This document shows, piece by piece, positions 18,530-28,416 of a stretch of 64,000 nt of DNA (positions within the stretch are counted from its first letter, which is position 1; each line of letters begins with the position of its first letter). Position numbers and translations under genes: made by a program. Under the pieces are notes generated by a model. That model saw nothing but the letters and a program-made list of their open reading frames with translations. It was not told the origin of the DNA and searched no databases. Source of the DNA: an uncultured Acidobacteriota bacterium (GTDB lineage Bacteria > Acidobacteriota > Thermoanaerobaculia > Multivoradales > JAGPDF01); NCBI GenBank assembly GCA_963781755.1, contig CAWAGZ010000004.1:143614-207613 (forward strand), given 5' to 3'.

Positions 18530-19642
18530 ATGAAGAAGGTCATCGGCATCGTGATCGCTCTGTTGTTCGTGGCCGGATTGGCGTGGACCGGCGTCGTGCT
18601 GGTCCGGAAGTCGAGCCAGAAGGCGGTGGTCTACGCGACCGCGGAACCGGTGCGGACCGACATCGTGGAGAAGACGGTGGCGACCGGGTCGGTGGTGCCG
18701 CGCGAGGAGGTGGCGATCAAGCCGCTGGTCTCGGGCATCATCGAGGAGCTCTACGTCGAGGAAGGACAGGAGGTCGTGGAGGGGGCGCCGGTGGCCAAGG
18801 TCCGGGTGATCCCCGACATGGGGCGGCTCTCGGACGCCGAATCGCGGGTCAAGAAGTCCGAGATCGCGCTGGCCGACGCCGAGCGCGAGCGCAACCGGCA
18901 GCAGTCGCTGTTCGAGGAGGGCACGGTCGCGCGCGCCGAGCTGGACCGCACCCAGGTGGCGCTGGACCAGGCCAAGGAGGAGCTGACCGCGGCGCGCAAC
19001 AGCTTCGACATCGTGAGCACGGGCACCAGCGAGCGGGTCGCCAAGGCCGCGACGACGCTGGTGCGCTCGACGATCACCGGCACGGTGCTGGAGGTCCCGG
19101 TCAAGGTGGGCAACTCCGTGATCCAGGCCAACAACTTCAACGACGGCACGACGATCGCCTCGGTCGCGAACATGAAGGACATGATCTTCCAGGGCAAGGT
19201 GGACGAGAGCGAGGTGGGCAAGATCCGGCCCGGCATGGAGCTGGTGCTGACGGTCGGCGCCCTGCCGGACCACAAGATCCACGCCAAGCTCGAGCACATC
19301 GCGCCCAAGGGGGTCGAGGAGAACGGCGCGATCCAGTTCGAGATCCGCGCCGCGGTCGAGCCGGAGCCGGACGTCTTCCTGCGCGCCAACTACAGCGCCA
19401 ACGCAGACATCGTGCTCGACAAGCGCGACAACGTCCTGGCGATCGACGAAGGGCTGCTGCAGTTCGACGGCAAGCAGCCCTACGTCGAGGTCGAGACCGG
19501 CCGCCAGAAGTTCGAGCGCAGGAACGTCCAGACCGGCCTCTCCGACGGCATCCAGATCGAGATCCTCTCGGGCGTCGCCCCCGGCGACAAGATCAAGAAC
19601 CCCAACACCGACCTCGCACCGCCGGCCGGCACGAACGCCTAG
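18530..19642 (+). CDS. efflux transporter periplasmic adaptor subunit (HlyD/MacA family)
   Basis: 370 aa with an N-terminal TM anchor. Biotinyl-lipoyl-like VSGIIEELYVEEGQEVVEGAPVAKV. Coiled-coil hairpin, then beta-barrel and membrane-proximal domains. Confidence 0.9.
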   Translation: MKKVIGIVIALLFVAGLAWTGVVLVRKSSQKAVVYATAEPVRTDIVEKTVATGSVVPREEVAIKPLVSGIIEELYVEEGQEVVEGAPVAKVRVIPDMGRLSDAESRVKKSEIALADAERERNRQQSLFEEGTVARAELDRTQVALDQAKEELTAARNSFDIVSTGTSERVAKAATTLVRSTITGTVLEVPVKVGNSVIQANNFNDGTTIASVANMKDMIFQGKVDESEVGKIRPGMELVLTVGALPDHKIHAKLEHIAPKGVEENGAIQFEIRAAVEPEPDVFLRANYSANADIVLDKRDNVLAIDEGLLQFDGKQPYVEVETGRQKFERRNVQTGLSDGIQIEILSGVAPGDKIKNPNTDLAPPAGTNA

Positions 19643-19935
19643 GAGTTCGCCGTGCTCCATGCGCCCGCTTCGCCTTCGGGCGGCGGGGGGCGCAGAGACC
19701 GACGCTCGCGAAGCCGGAAGACTTTCTGTTGAAGGAGACGGTCCGCGAGCCGCGTCGGCCCGAGCGGCGGCACGGCGCTGTCTCTCGTCTTCGCTCCGAT
19801 CACTGGATGTAGTTGCTCTTTCGCGCCTCGCCCCGCCTCCGGGCGGGGACGTTGCCACCCCCGCGGGTGTCGAGTCGCGAAGGCGTCGGCGCGAGCCTTC
19901 TTAGAGGTGTCTTCGCACCCAGGGAGGGACCGGCC

Positions 19936-20712
19936 GTGAATCGATCTCGTCGGATCCGAGTCGTCGCCGTCGCCGCGCCGGCGTTCGCCGGTGCGCTCGT
20001 GCTCGCCCTCGCGCTCGCCGGTCCCCGCGCCGCCGGGGCCCAGGAGCCGGGGTGGAGCGTCAGCGTGTACGCCCAGGAGTCGTTCCCGAAGCAGACCCGG
20101 ACCAACGCGCAGATCGACCAGATCAACGCGATGTTCGGGACCGGCTTCGACACCTGGGACGACGTCCACAACCTGAGCCTGGGCGGCAAGCTCTTCCGCC
20201 GCGCGGCCGAGCGCTGGTGGGTCGGCCTGGAGGCCGACTGGAGCGCCGGAGCGATCGACGGCGAGGCCACCGTGGACACGCTCGCCGGGCCGGCGCGCCT
20301 GAAGTTCGAGCAGCGCTACAGCGTTTACGCGGACCTGATGGCCGCGGCCCACTTCCTGCCCTGCCCGCGGTGCGAGCGCTTCGAGCCGTTCGTCTTGATG
20401 GGCGCGGGAGTCGCCTACGAGAAGGACCGCACGACCCTGACCCTGCGCAACGAGTTCCTGGACGAGGGGTTGTTCGTCGACAACGACGGCTGGTTCCCGG
20501 TGGCGACCGCGGGCCTCGGCGCCCAGATCCCGCTCACCGCGTCTCACAGGGTCGGGCTCGAGGTCGGAATCGCCTACTTCTGGGGCCGCCTGGAGCACCA
20601 GGTCGCCGCCCGCGGGTCGCTCGCTCCCGCTCCCCGGGTGACCGCGGACACCGACTCGACCGGACCCAACTACTGGCTCGGGCTCGCGTGGCGGTTCGGG
20701 GCGCGCCGGTGA
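19936..20712 (+). CDS. outer-membrane beta-barrel protein (small, ~258 aa)
   Basis: ORF 19813..20712 trimmed to GTG 19936 (VNRSRRIRVVAVAAPAFAGALVLALALAGPRAAGAQE, a signal peptide). Alternating hydrophobic beta-strand pattern. Aromatic-rich C-terminus YWLGLAWRFGARR. Confidence 0.6.
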   Translation: MNRSRRIRVVAVAAPAFAGALVLALALAGPRAAGAQEPGWSVSVYAQESFPKQTRTNAQIDQINAMFGTGFDTWDDVHNLSLGGKLFRRAAERWWVGLEADWSAGAIDGEATVDTLAGPARLKFEQRYSVYADLMAAAHFLPCPRCERFEPFVLMGAGVAYEKDRTTLTLRNEFLDEGLFVDNDGWFPVATAGLGAQIPLTASHRVGLEVGIAYFWGRLEHQVAARGSLAPAPRVTADTDSTGPNYWLGLAWRFGARR

Positions 20713-21887
20713 CGGGTCCGGCCGGGGAAGAAGGGCCTGCCGGAAGCGAAGCGGCGGCCGGTCTCGCGCCGGATCCGGCGGTCGCCGTTCGGCCCGTGCG
20801 CACGCGTCGCGACCGCAAGCGGTTCGTCCGTCTGCCGTGGCGGATCTACGACGGCAACCCGGCCTGGGTGCCGCCGCTCGAGGTCGAGCGCATGGACTTC
20901 CTCGACCGAAGGAAGAACCCGTTCTTCCGCCACTCCGACGCCGAGCTCTTCCTCGCCGAGCGCGCCGGCGAGGTCGTCGGCCGGATCGCGGCGATCGAGA
21001 ACCGGCGTCACCTCGACACCTACCGGGACCGCACCGGCTTCTTCGGCTTCTTCGAGTCGATCGACGACCCCGGGGTGGCGCGGGCGCTGATCGACCGCGC
21101 CGCGGCCTGGGTCAGGGGGCGGGGGCTGGAGCGCCTGCGCGGGCCGATGAGCTTCACCATCAACGACGAGTGCGGGCTGCTGCTCGACACCTTCGATCTG
21201 CCGCCCGTGGTCCTGATGACCTACAACCCGCCCTACTACGCGCGCCTGCTCGAGGGCTGCGGCTTCGCCAAGGCGCAGGACCTCTACGCCTACCGAATGG
21301 CGGTGCCGGCCGAGGTGCCGGAGCGCCTGCGCGCCGCGGCGGCGGCGGTGGCCGAACGGGGCATCGCGGTGCGCAAGCTCGACTTCGGACGCTTCGACGA
21401 GGAGGTCGAGCGGATCCACCGCATCCACTCCCGGGCCTGGTCGCGCAACTGGGGCGCGGTGCCGCTCACCGTGGACGAGATGCGCACCCTGGCCAGGGAG
21501 CTCAAGCCACTCGCGGACCGCGACCTGGTCTTCCTGGCCGAGGACGGCGGCGAGCCGGTGGGGGTCAGCGTCACGGTGCCGGACTTCAACCAGGCGCTGA
21601 AGCTCGCCCGTGGACGGCTGCTGCCCTTCGGTCTGCTGCGCATCCTCGTCGCCCGTCGCCGCATCGACGCGGTGCGGGTGCTGATCATGGGCGTGATCGA
21701 GGATCACCGGTTCCGGGGCGTGGACGCCGCGCTGTACGCGCGCACGATCGAGGAGGCGATCCGCAAGGGCTACCGCTGGGGAGAGCTGTCCTGGGTGCTG
21801 GAGTCGAACCCGGCGATGAACCGGGTCGCCGAGCGCCTGGGCGCCGAGCGCTACAAGACCTACCGCGTCTACGATCTCGAGCTGTGA
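20709..21887 (+). CDS. GNAT-like N-acetyltransferase family protein (~390 aa)
   Basis: In-frame C-terminal part of ORF 20052..21887. GTG 20709 overlaps the upstream stop (GTGA). C-terminal acetyltransferase-like core VLIMGVIEDHRFRGVDAALYARTIEEAIRKGYRWGELSWVLESNPAMN. Confidence 0.6.
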   Translation: MTGPAGEEGPAGSEAAAGLAPDPAVAVRPVRTRRDRKRFVRLPWRIYDGNPAWVPPLEVERMDFLDRRKNPFFRHSDAELFLAERAGEVVGRIAAIENRRHLDTYRDRTGFFGFFESIDDPGVARALIDRAAAWVRGRGLERLRGPMSFTINDECGLLLDTFDLPPVVLMTYNPPYYARLLEGCGFAKAQDLYAYRMAVPAEVPERLRAAAAAVAERGIAVRKLDFGRFDEEVERIHRIHSRAWSRNWGAVPLTVDEMRTLARELKPLADRDLVFLAEDGGEPVGVSVTVPDFNQALKLARGRLLPFGLLRILVARRRIDAVRVLIMGVIEDHRFRGVDAALYARTIEEAIRKGYRWGELSWVLESNPAMNRVAERLGAERYKTYRVYDLEL

Positions 21888-22759
21888 TCCGGAGCACGGG
21901 ACGGCCGACCGCGACCGACCGGGTCCTGGCCGCCTACTGCGCGGCGGCCGTGCTGCTGCTGGTCGCCGACGGCCATGCGCTGGGCGACCGGCGGCTGGCG
22001 CTGGCCGCCGGGCACGCGCTGGTCGCCGGGCTCGCGCTGGCCCTGGGCTTCGCCGACCGCGGCGGGGAGGGCGGCTTCGTCCGCTTCGTCCACCGCTGGC
22101 TGCCGCTGGTGGCGATCGCCTGGCTCTACGGCTGGGCCGGCGAGATGCGCGACCTGCTGGTCGGCCACGATCTCGACCGGGTGATCGTGCGCTGGGACGA
22201 TGCGCTCTTCCCGGGTCACTGGTACGCGCTCGGCGCGCGCCTGCCGCTGCCCGCGATCGAGGCCGCGCACGCGGTCTACTTCAGCTACTACCTGTTGCTC
22301 TTCGTCCCGGCGCTGGCCGCCGGGCGGCGCGCCGCGCGCGCGGTGGACCGCTACCTGTTCTGGCTGACCACCGCGCTGCTCGCGCACTTCGCGCTGGCGC
22401 TCGCCTTCCCGGTCGCCGGGCCGCTGGCGGTGCGCAGGGCGACGATGCCCGCCGGCGTCTTCTTCGTCCCGCTGATGGACGGCTTCTACGGCGCCTTCGA
22501 CCGCGGCGGCCTGGCCTTCCCCAGCACCCACGTCGTCGCGGCGATGATCGCCGCCTTCTTCGCCGGCCGCCGCTTCTTTCCCCGCGCGACGTGGGCCTAC
22601 GCCTTCTGGTTCGCCGCCATCGCCGCCTCGACCGTCCTCTGCGGCTACCACTACCCGATCGACGTCGCCGCGGGTCTCGTCACCGGCTCGATCTTCGTCG
22701 CCCTGGCGGCCCGTCGAGCGCCGGACCGGGAAGAGGCTCCTCCCGTCGGCGATTGGTGA
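21884..22759 (+). CDS. PAP2-family membrane phosphatase
   Basis: In-frame C-terminal part of ORF 20837..22759. GTG 21884 overlaps the upstream stop (GTGA). Polytopic. Phosphatase motifs FPSTHV and CGYHYPIDVAAG. Confidence 0.8.
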   Translation: MIRSTGRPTATDRVLAAYCAAAVLLLVADGHALGDRRLALAAGHALVAGLALALGFADRGGEGGFVRFVHRWLPLVAIAWLYGWAGEMRDLLVGHDLDRVIVRWDDALFPGHWYALGARLPLPAIEAAHAVYFSYYLLLFVPALAAGRRAARAVDRYLFWLTTALLAHFALALAFPVAGPLAVRRATMPAGVFFVPLMDGFYGAFDRGGLAFPSTHVVAAMIAAFFAGRRFFPRATWAYAFWFAAIAASTVLCGYHYPIDVAAGLVTGSIFVALAARRAPDREEAPPVGDW

Positions 22760-22760
22760 G

Positions 22761-24020
22761 TCAGGCGCCGTCTTCGTCGTCCGGGGTGCTCTGGGCGAGC
22801 TCGCGGGGGGTGACCTCGACCTGGGCGGGGGGTTCGATCTCCTGGCCGGCGGCGGGGCCGAGGGTTTCGAACTTGCGGCCTTGGGGGAGCAGGCGGCTCT
22901 CGAACGAGGCGACCGCCTTGTTGTAGGCGCCGACCGCGGAGGTCAGGCCCTTGCCGACGCCGGCGAAGTGGTCGGCGTAGATGCGCAGGCGGTCGTAGAG
23001 CTCGCGCGCGGCCTCCGAGATCTCGCGCGCGTTCTTGGCCAGCGACTCCTGGCGCCAGCCGTAGAAGACCGTCTTCAGGAGCGCGACCAGGGTCGCCGGC
23101 GTCACGATCAGGACGCTCTGGCGGAAGGCGTCCTCGATCAATGCCGGGTCCTGCTCGAGCGCGGCCGAGAAGATCGACTCGCCGGGCAGGAAGAGCACCA
23201 CGAAGTCGGGCGCCTCGTCGAACTGGTCCCAGTAGCGCTTCTCGGACAGGCGGCCGAGGTGGGTGCGCACCTGCCGGGCATGGCGCACGAGCGCCGCCTT
23301 GCGCTCGTCGTCGCCCTGGGCTTCGACCGCAGACAGGTAGGCGTCGAGCGGCACCTTGGCGTCCACCACCACCGCCTTGCCGCCGGGCAGACGCACCACC
23401 ATGTCGGGGCGCAGGCGGCCGGAGTCGGTGTCCACGGTCTCCTGGGTGACGAAATCGACGTACTCGAGCATGCCGGCGAACTCGACCGCGCGCTGGAGCT
23501 GCACCTCGCCCCAGCTGCCGCGCACCTCGGGCCGGCGCAGGGCGGTGACGAGGCGGCCGGTCTCGGTCTGGAGCTTCTCCTGCGAGGTGAGCAGGTTCTT
23601 CACCTGCTCGGTGAGCGAGCCGTAGGCGGCCTGGCGCGACTTCTCGAGCTCGGTGACGCCCTGCTCGTAGCGGCCGAGCTGCTCCTTCATCGGCGCGAGC
23701 AGCGACTCGATCGCTTGGCGGCGCTGGTCGAGGTCGCCCTTGGCCGAGGTCTGGAGCGTCTCGAAGGCCTGGCGGGCGAGCTTCAGGAACGACTCGCTGT
23801 TGGCCGAGAGCGCCTCCTGCGAGAGACGGGCGAAGGCGTCGGCGAGCTTCTTCTCGGCGCCCTCGAGCAGTGCGACCTTCTCGGCTCCCCGGCGGCGCTC
23901 CTCCTCGAGCAGCGTCTCGGCCCGGGCCAGCTTCGCGCGCAGGTCCGATTCGCGGCGCACCAGCAGGAAGAGGCCGATGGCTGCCGCGAGAGCGATCGGG
24001 ATCCAGACCCAGACGGGCAT
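22761..24020 (-). CDS. rmuC: DNA recombination protein RmuC
   Basis: 419 aa. N-terminal TM helix, long coiled coil, then the RmuC nuclease-like core (RGSWGEVQLQRAVEFAGMLEYVDFVTQ...VVDAKVPLDAY...FVVLFLPGESIFSAALEQDPALIEDA). Confidence 0.95.
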   Translation of the reverse strand: MPVWVWIPIALAAAIGLFLLVRRESDLRAKLARAETLLEEERRRGAEKVALLEGAEKKLADAFARLSQEALSANSESFLKLARQAFETLQTSAKGDLDQRRQAIESLLAPMKEQLGRYEQGVTELEKSRQAAYGSLTEQVKNLLTSQEKLQTETGRLVTALRRPEVRGSWGEVQLQRAVEFAGMLEYVDFVTQETVDTDSGRLRPDMVVRLPGGKAVVVDAKVPLDAYLSAVEAQGDDERKAALVRHARQVRTHLGRLSEKRYWDQFDEAPDFVVLFLPGESIFSAALEQDPALIEDAFRQSVLIVTPATLVALLKTVFYGWRQESLAKNAREISEAARELYDRLRIYADHFAGVGKGLTSAVGAYNKAVASFESRLLPQGRKFETLGPAAGQEIEPPAQVEVTPRELAQSTPDDEDGA

Positions 24021-24061
24021 GCGGCGGCGAGGCTACCAGAGGGTACCGGTTCGACGCCGAA

Positions 24062-25030
24062 TCAGGCGACCGAGAGCAGGAGCTTGCCCGAGGTGCGGCG
24101 GCCCTCGAGCAGGACGTGTGCGTCGGCGGCTTCGTCCAGACGCAGCACCCGGTCGATGGTCGGGATCAGCCGGCCGGCCGCGACGTCGACCCGGATCCGG
24201 CGCCAGCGCTCGGCGGCTTCGGCCGGATCGCGGGTGTAGTCGTGAAGGCTGGCGGTCACCAGCGTCCGGCTGCCCAGCACCTGGCGCGGCGAGAACGGCT
24301 CGACCATGCCGCTCGACTGGCCGAACAGCACCAGCTTGCCGCGCACCCGGGTGGCGCGCACCGAGCCGGCGAACGTCGCCCGGCCGACGCCGTCGAGCAC
24401 CAGATCGCAGCCGTGGCCGTTGGTGTGGCGCACCGCTTCCTCGGCGAAGTCCACCCGGGTGTAGAGGATCGGGTAGTCGCATCCCGCTTCCCGGGCGGCC
24501 TCGGCCTTGGCCGGGGTCGAGCAGGTACCGAGGACGGTCGCGCCCGCGGCCTTCGCGAGCTGGGTCGCGAGCAGCCCGACCCCGCCCGCCACGGCGTGGA
24601 TCAGCACCACCTGACCCGCGGCCACCGCACCGATCGTGCGCACCAGGTAGTCGGCGGTCATCCCCTGGAGCGGCAGCGCGGCGCCGATGTCGAACGCCAT
24701 CTTCTCGGGCAAAGGCAGCAGGCGGTGCGCCGGAACGATCACCTTCTGGGCGTAGCCGCCCGTGGCGTCGAAGAAGACCACGCGATCGCCGACCTTGGGC
24801 GAGGTCACCTCCGAGCCCACGGCCTCGACCACGCCCGAGCCCTCGCGCCCGATCCGGGCGGGGAGCGGCCCGGGATCGTAGAGACCGCTGCGGTGGTAGG
24901 TGTCGATGAAGTTGACGCCGGCGAAGCGGACCGCGACACGAGCCTGGAGCGGGCCGGGCTCGGGTACGTCGACCTCGTCGAGACTCAGGACCTCGGGTCC
25001 GCCGACGGTGTGGATCCGGATCGCCTTCAT
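24062..25030 (-). CDS. NADPH:quinone oxidoreductase (MDR superfamily, zeta-crystallin type)
   Basis: Last 322 aa of the artefactual 1792-aa ORF. ATG 25030..25028 overlaps the tricorn stop (ATGA). MKAIRIHTVGGPEVLSLDEVDVPEPGPLQARVAVRFAGVNFIDTYHRSGLY...VLIHAVAGGVGLLATQLAK. Confidence 0.9.
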   Translation of the reverse strand: MKAIRIHTVGGPEVLSLDEVDVPEPGPLQARVAVRFAGVNFIDTYHRSGLYDPGPLPARIGREGSGVVEAVGSEVTSPKVGDRVVFFDATGGYAQKVIVPAHRLLPLPEKMAFDIGAALPLQGMTADYLVRTIGAVAAGQVVLIHAVAGGVGLLATQLAKAAGATVLGTCSTPAKAEAAREAGCDYPILYTRVDFAEEAVRHTNGHGCDLVLDGVGRATFAGSVRATRVRGKLVLFGQSSGMVEPFSPRQVLGSRTLVTASLHDYTRDPAEAAERWRRIRVDVAAGRLIPTIDRVLRLDEAADAHVLLEGRRTSGKLLLSVA

Positions 25031-28000
25031 GGCTGGGCCTCCGCCTTCCAGGGGTGGGTCTGATAGTTCGGGTAGGGCGGCCGCTCGGGCTTCGGCGGGC
25101 CGCTGCGCCGGAGCTCGGCGAGCACCAGCTCGACCGCCTTCTCGAGCTGCGGGTCGCGGCCGGCCGCGAACTCGCGCGGCGTGATCTCGATCGGAACGTC
25201 GGGAGCGACGCCCACGTTCTCGACCTCCCAGCGTCCGCGCGGGCCGTAGAGGGCGCCGCGGGGCGCGGTGACGAGGCCGCCGTCGAGCAGCGTCGGGTAG
25301 TCCCAGATGCCGACCAGGCCGCCCCAGGTGCGGGTGCCGATCAGCGGACCGACGCCGCGCTCGCGGAAGAGCCAGGGCAGCGCGTCCCCGCCGGAGCCGG
25401 CATGGCGGTTGATCAGCATCGCCTTGGGACCGTACAGCGCCCCGGCGGGGCTCGGGAAGTCGCGACCCTCGCGCGTGGTGACCCACATCAGAGGCCGGCT
25501 GCGGGCCAGCACGTCGACGATGTAGTCGGCGAGCAGGCCGCCGGAGTTGAAGCGCTCGTCCACCACCATCCCCTGGCGGTCGACCTGGGGGAAGAAGTAG
25601 CGGTTGAAGCTGTCGTAGCCGGCGCCCGCCGTGTTGGGCAGGTGGACGTAGCCGAGCTGGCCGTCGGACAGGCGGTCGACGAGCCGGCGGTTGTCCTCGA
25701 CCCAGGCGCGGTAGCGCAGCTTGCGCTCGCTGGCTACCGGGATCACGGTGACGTCGCGCGCGTTCCTGCCGGCCGGGTCGGCGGCCAGCCGGACGCGCAC
25801 GACCTGGCCCGCGGTGCCGGCGAAGAAGGAGTAGACCGAGGCCGGCGGCCGGACGTCGCGCCCCTCGACCGCGATCAGGTACTCGCCGGCACGGGCGTCG
25901 ACACCGGGCCGCGCCAGCGGCGCCTCGAGCTTCGGGTTCCAGCTCTCGCCGTCGTAGACGCGAGCGATCCGGTAGCGGCCGCCGGACGACCTCCCAGTCG
26001 GCGCCGAGCAGGCCGTCCTTGGGCGCGTCGTCGTCGGGCGGCTCGGGTGGCTGGACGAACAGGTGCCCCACGGTCAGCTCGCCGAGCATCTCGGTGAACA
26101 GGTCGTCGAGGTCGTCGCGGTCGGCGAGGGCGTCGAGATAGGGACGGTATCGCTTCTCGGCGGCGGCGAGGTCGAGGCCGTGGTGGTGCGGGTCGTAGAA
26201 GAAGTCCCGCTCGATGCGCCAGACTTCGTGGTACATCTGGCGCCACTCCGCGCGCGGGTCGCTCCAGACCTGGAGATCGTCGGCGGCGAGGTCGCCGTCG
26301 CCCGGCTCGAAGGGCTTCGAAGCATCGACGATCGACCAGGTTCCGTCGGACGAGCGCACCAGCAGCCGCGAGGCATCGCGCGCAACGTGCATCTCCGCGA
26401 TGTCGTCTCCCAGCTCTTCGAGCTCGCGGCTCTCGATCGTGTACCGATGCACCGGTCCCGAATCGCCGTCCTCGGAATCGAGGTCGGAGATCTCAGGCCC
26501 CTCGAGCAGGAAGATCTCTCCCGCCTTGCCGGGTGCGAGCGCCAGGTAGTTCGCCGCCGGGACGCCGGGAGCGGCCACGATGCGCCGGCCGATGTCGTCG
26601 AGGTCCAGCCGCACCGTCGGCAGGGCCGACGCCGTCCCGGGTCCGTCGTCTTCGGCTTCGTCGTCCGTCGCGGCCGGCGCTCCCGCCTCGTCGCTCTCCG
26701 GGGGGAAGGGCGAGGGCTCGTCGGAGGCGAGCAGCGCGAGGTAGAGGCTGCGCGTGACCGGGTGGTCGACGCTGGTCATGTCGAGCCAGGGTGCGGTCGG
26801 ACCGAAATCGGTCGAAGCGGTGAACCAGAGGTACTTGCCGGAGGGGTCGAAGGCCGGGAACCGGGCGTCGGCGAGGCCGTCGGTCACCTGCGTCGAACGC
26901 CGGTCGCGCGAGTCCCAGACGAAGACGGCGTGGACGTGGGTCGCGAGCTGGCGCGTGTAGGCGAGGAAGCGTCCGTCGGGCGACCAGGCCGGGTCGAGGG
27001 TGCGCACGGGCGTGTCGTAGGTGTCGGAGTCGACCCGGGTCAGGGCACCGCTCGCGACCTCCACCACCCAGAGCTGCAGCCGCTTGTCGGTGAGCGCGAT
27101 CCGGGCGCCGTCGGGCGACCAGACCGGGCGGTAGAAGAACGACGGCGGAGTGCCGAGCGGGGTGGTGCGCGGCGGCCCGAGCCCGTCCGACGGGGCCAGC
27201 TCGAGGGCGTACTCACCGGTGGCGTCCGACAGCCAGGCCAGGGTCTTGCCGTCGGGCGACCACGCCGGGTCGCGGTCGGCGACCCCCGGGCTGTGGGTGA
27301 TCACGCGCGCGCTGCCCTTCTCGGCGGGCACCGTGAGGATCTCGCCGTGGGCCGAGAACGCGGCGCGGGCTCCGTCGGGCGACAGGTCGGCGCCTTCGAG
27401 CTGGTCGCCGACCGGGACGAACCGCGGGCGCAAGGCCGGCAGGTCGCTGGCGACGTGGATCGTCGGGAAGGCGACCGCGCCGGTGGCGAGGTCGTAGAGG
27501 CCGATCGAGCCGAAGCGCTCGAAGACGATCGCGCCCGGGCCGGCCTGGGCGTCGTCGAGGTCGAGTCCCCCGTTGTCGTAGACCCTCTCGACCGCCCGGG
27601 TCGCGGGGTCGTAGCGCTCGAGGGTCACCGGGCCGTCGCGGTCGGACAGGAAGTAGACGCGGCCGTCCTCGGCCCAGCAGGGGTAGGAGTCGTTGGAGTT
27701 GTCGCGCGGGAGCGCCTCGACGTCGAGGGTGGCCAGGTCGAGCAGCCAGACGAACGTCGTCTCGCCGCCGCGGTAGCGCTTCCAGGCCATCTGCAGTCGC
27801 TGGAAGGGCATGTAGGCGAAGCGCCGGCCGTCGGGCGAGTAGCTGCCGCGGAAGGCCTCGGGGAGCGGCAGTGGCCGCGGCCAGCCGCCCGCGGCCGGCA
27901 CCGACCAGAGCTGTTCGGTGCGCACCCCGCTCGCGCGGCCGCTGCGGAAGAGCACGGCGCCTCCGTCCGGCGTCCATCCGACCACGTGGTCCGCTCCGGG

Positions 28001-28327
28001 GTGCCAGGTCAGGCGCCGGGCCTCGCCGCCCGCCGCCGGCACGACGTAGACGTCGACGTTGCCGTCCTCGTCCGCGGAGTAGGCGATCCAGCGGCCGTCG
28101 GGAGAGAACGCCGGGTCGCTCTCGGCGCCCGCCGTCGCGGTCAGCCTCCGGGCCTCGCCACCGCGGCGCGCGACGGTCCACAGGTCGCCGCCGGAGACGA
28201 AGGCGATGGCGTCGGCCGAGAGCGTCGGCGAGTGCATCAGCGGCGGCACGGCGGGTGGCGCGGCCGCCCCGCCGGGGACCGGCGCCCAGCAGAGGATCGC
28301 GAACAGAAAGAAACGGCGGACGGACAT
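25027..28327 (-). pseudogene. tricorn protease homologue (S41 family), reading frame broken by a single-base insertion near 25985-25990
   Basis: ATG 28327 is preceded by GGAGG. Signal peptide MSVRRFFLFAILCWAPVPGGAAA. Beta-propeller repeats (SPDGRWIAYS, SPDGRRFAY, SPDGKTLAWLS, SPDGARIALT, SPDGRFLAYT). The frame is lost after ...LLGADWEVV. The shifted frame continues SGGRYRIARVYDGESWNPKLEAPLARPGVDARAGEYLIAVEGRDV (PDZ) and the S41 core (ORF 25027..25800: NSGGLLADYI...RTWGGLVG). Total length is 3301 nt, i.e. 3n+1. Confidence 0.85.
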
Positions 28328-28416
28328 CGACACCTCCGGAGAGCCGGTCGCGGCGGCGGCGCGGCGTCCCGACACCCTATCCGAGCCCGGGCTTCCGGAG
28401 CGCTCCCGCCGCCGGC

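Noticed and set aside
19643-19935. 293-bp gap after the adaptor gene with two GC hairpins (about 19664-19688 and ccccgcc-tccg-ggcgggg at about 19832-19849); possible sRNA, tRNA or terminator
   Set aside because: There is no tRNA-like cloverleaf or T-loop motif. No U-tract follows either hairpin. The 81-aa ORF here (19659..19904) is Arg/Ala-rich junk. Support is not enough to annotate anything.
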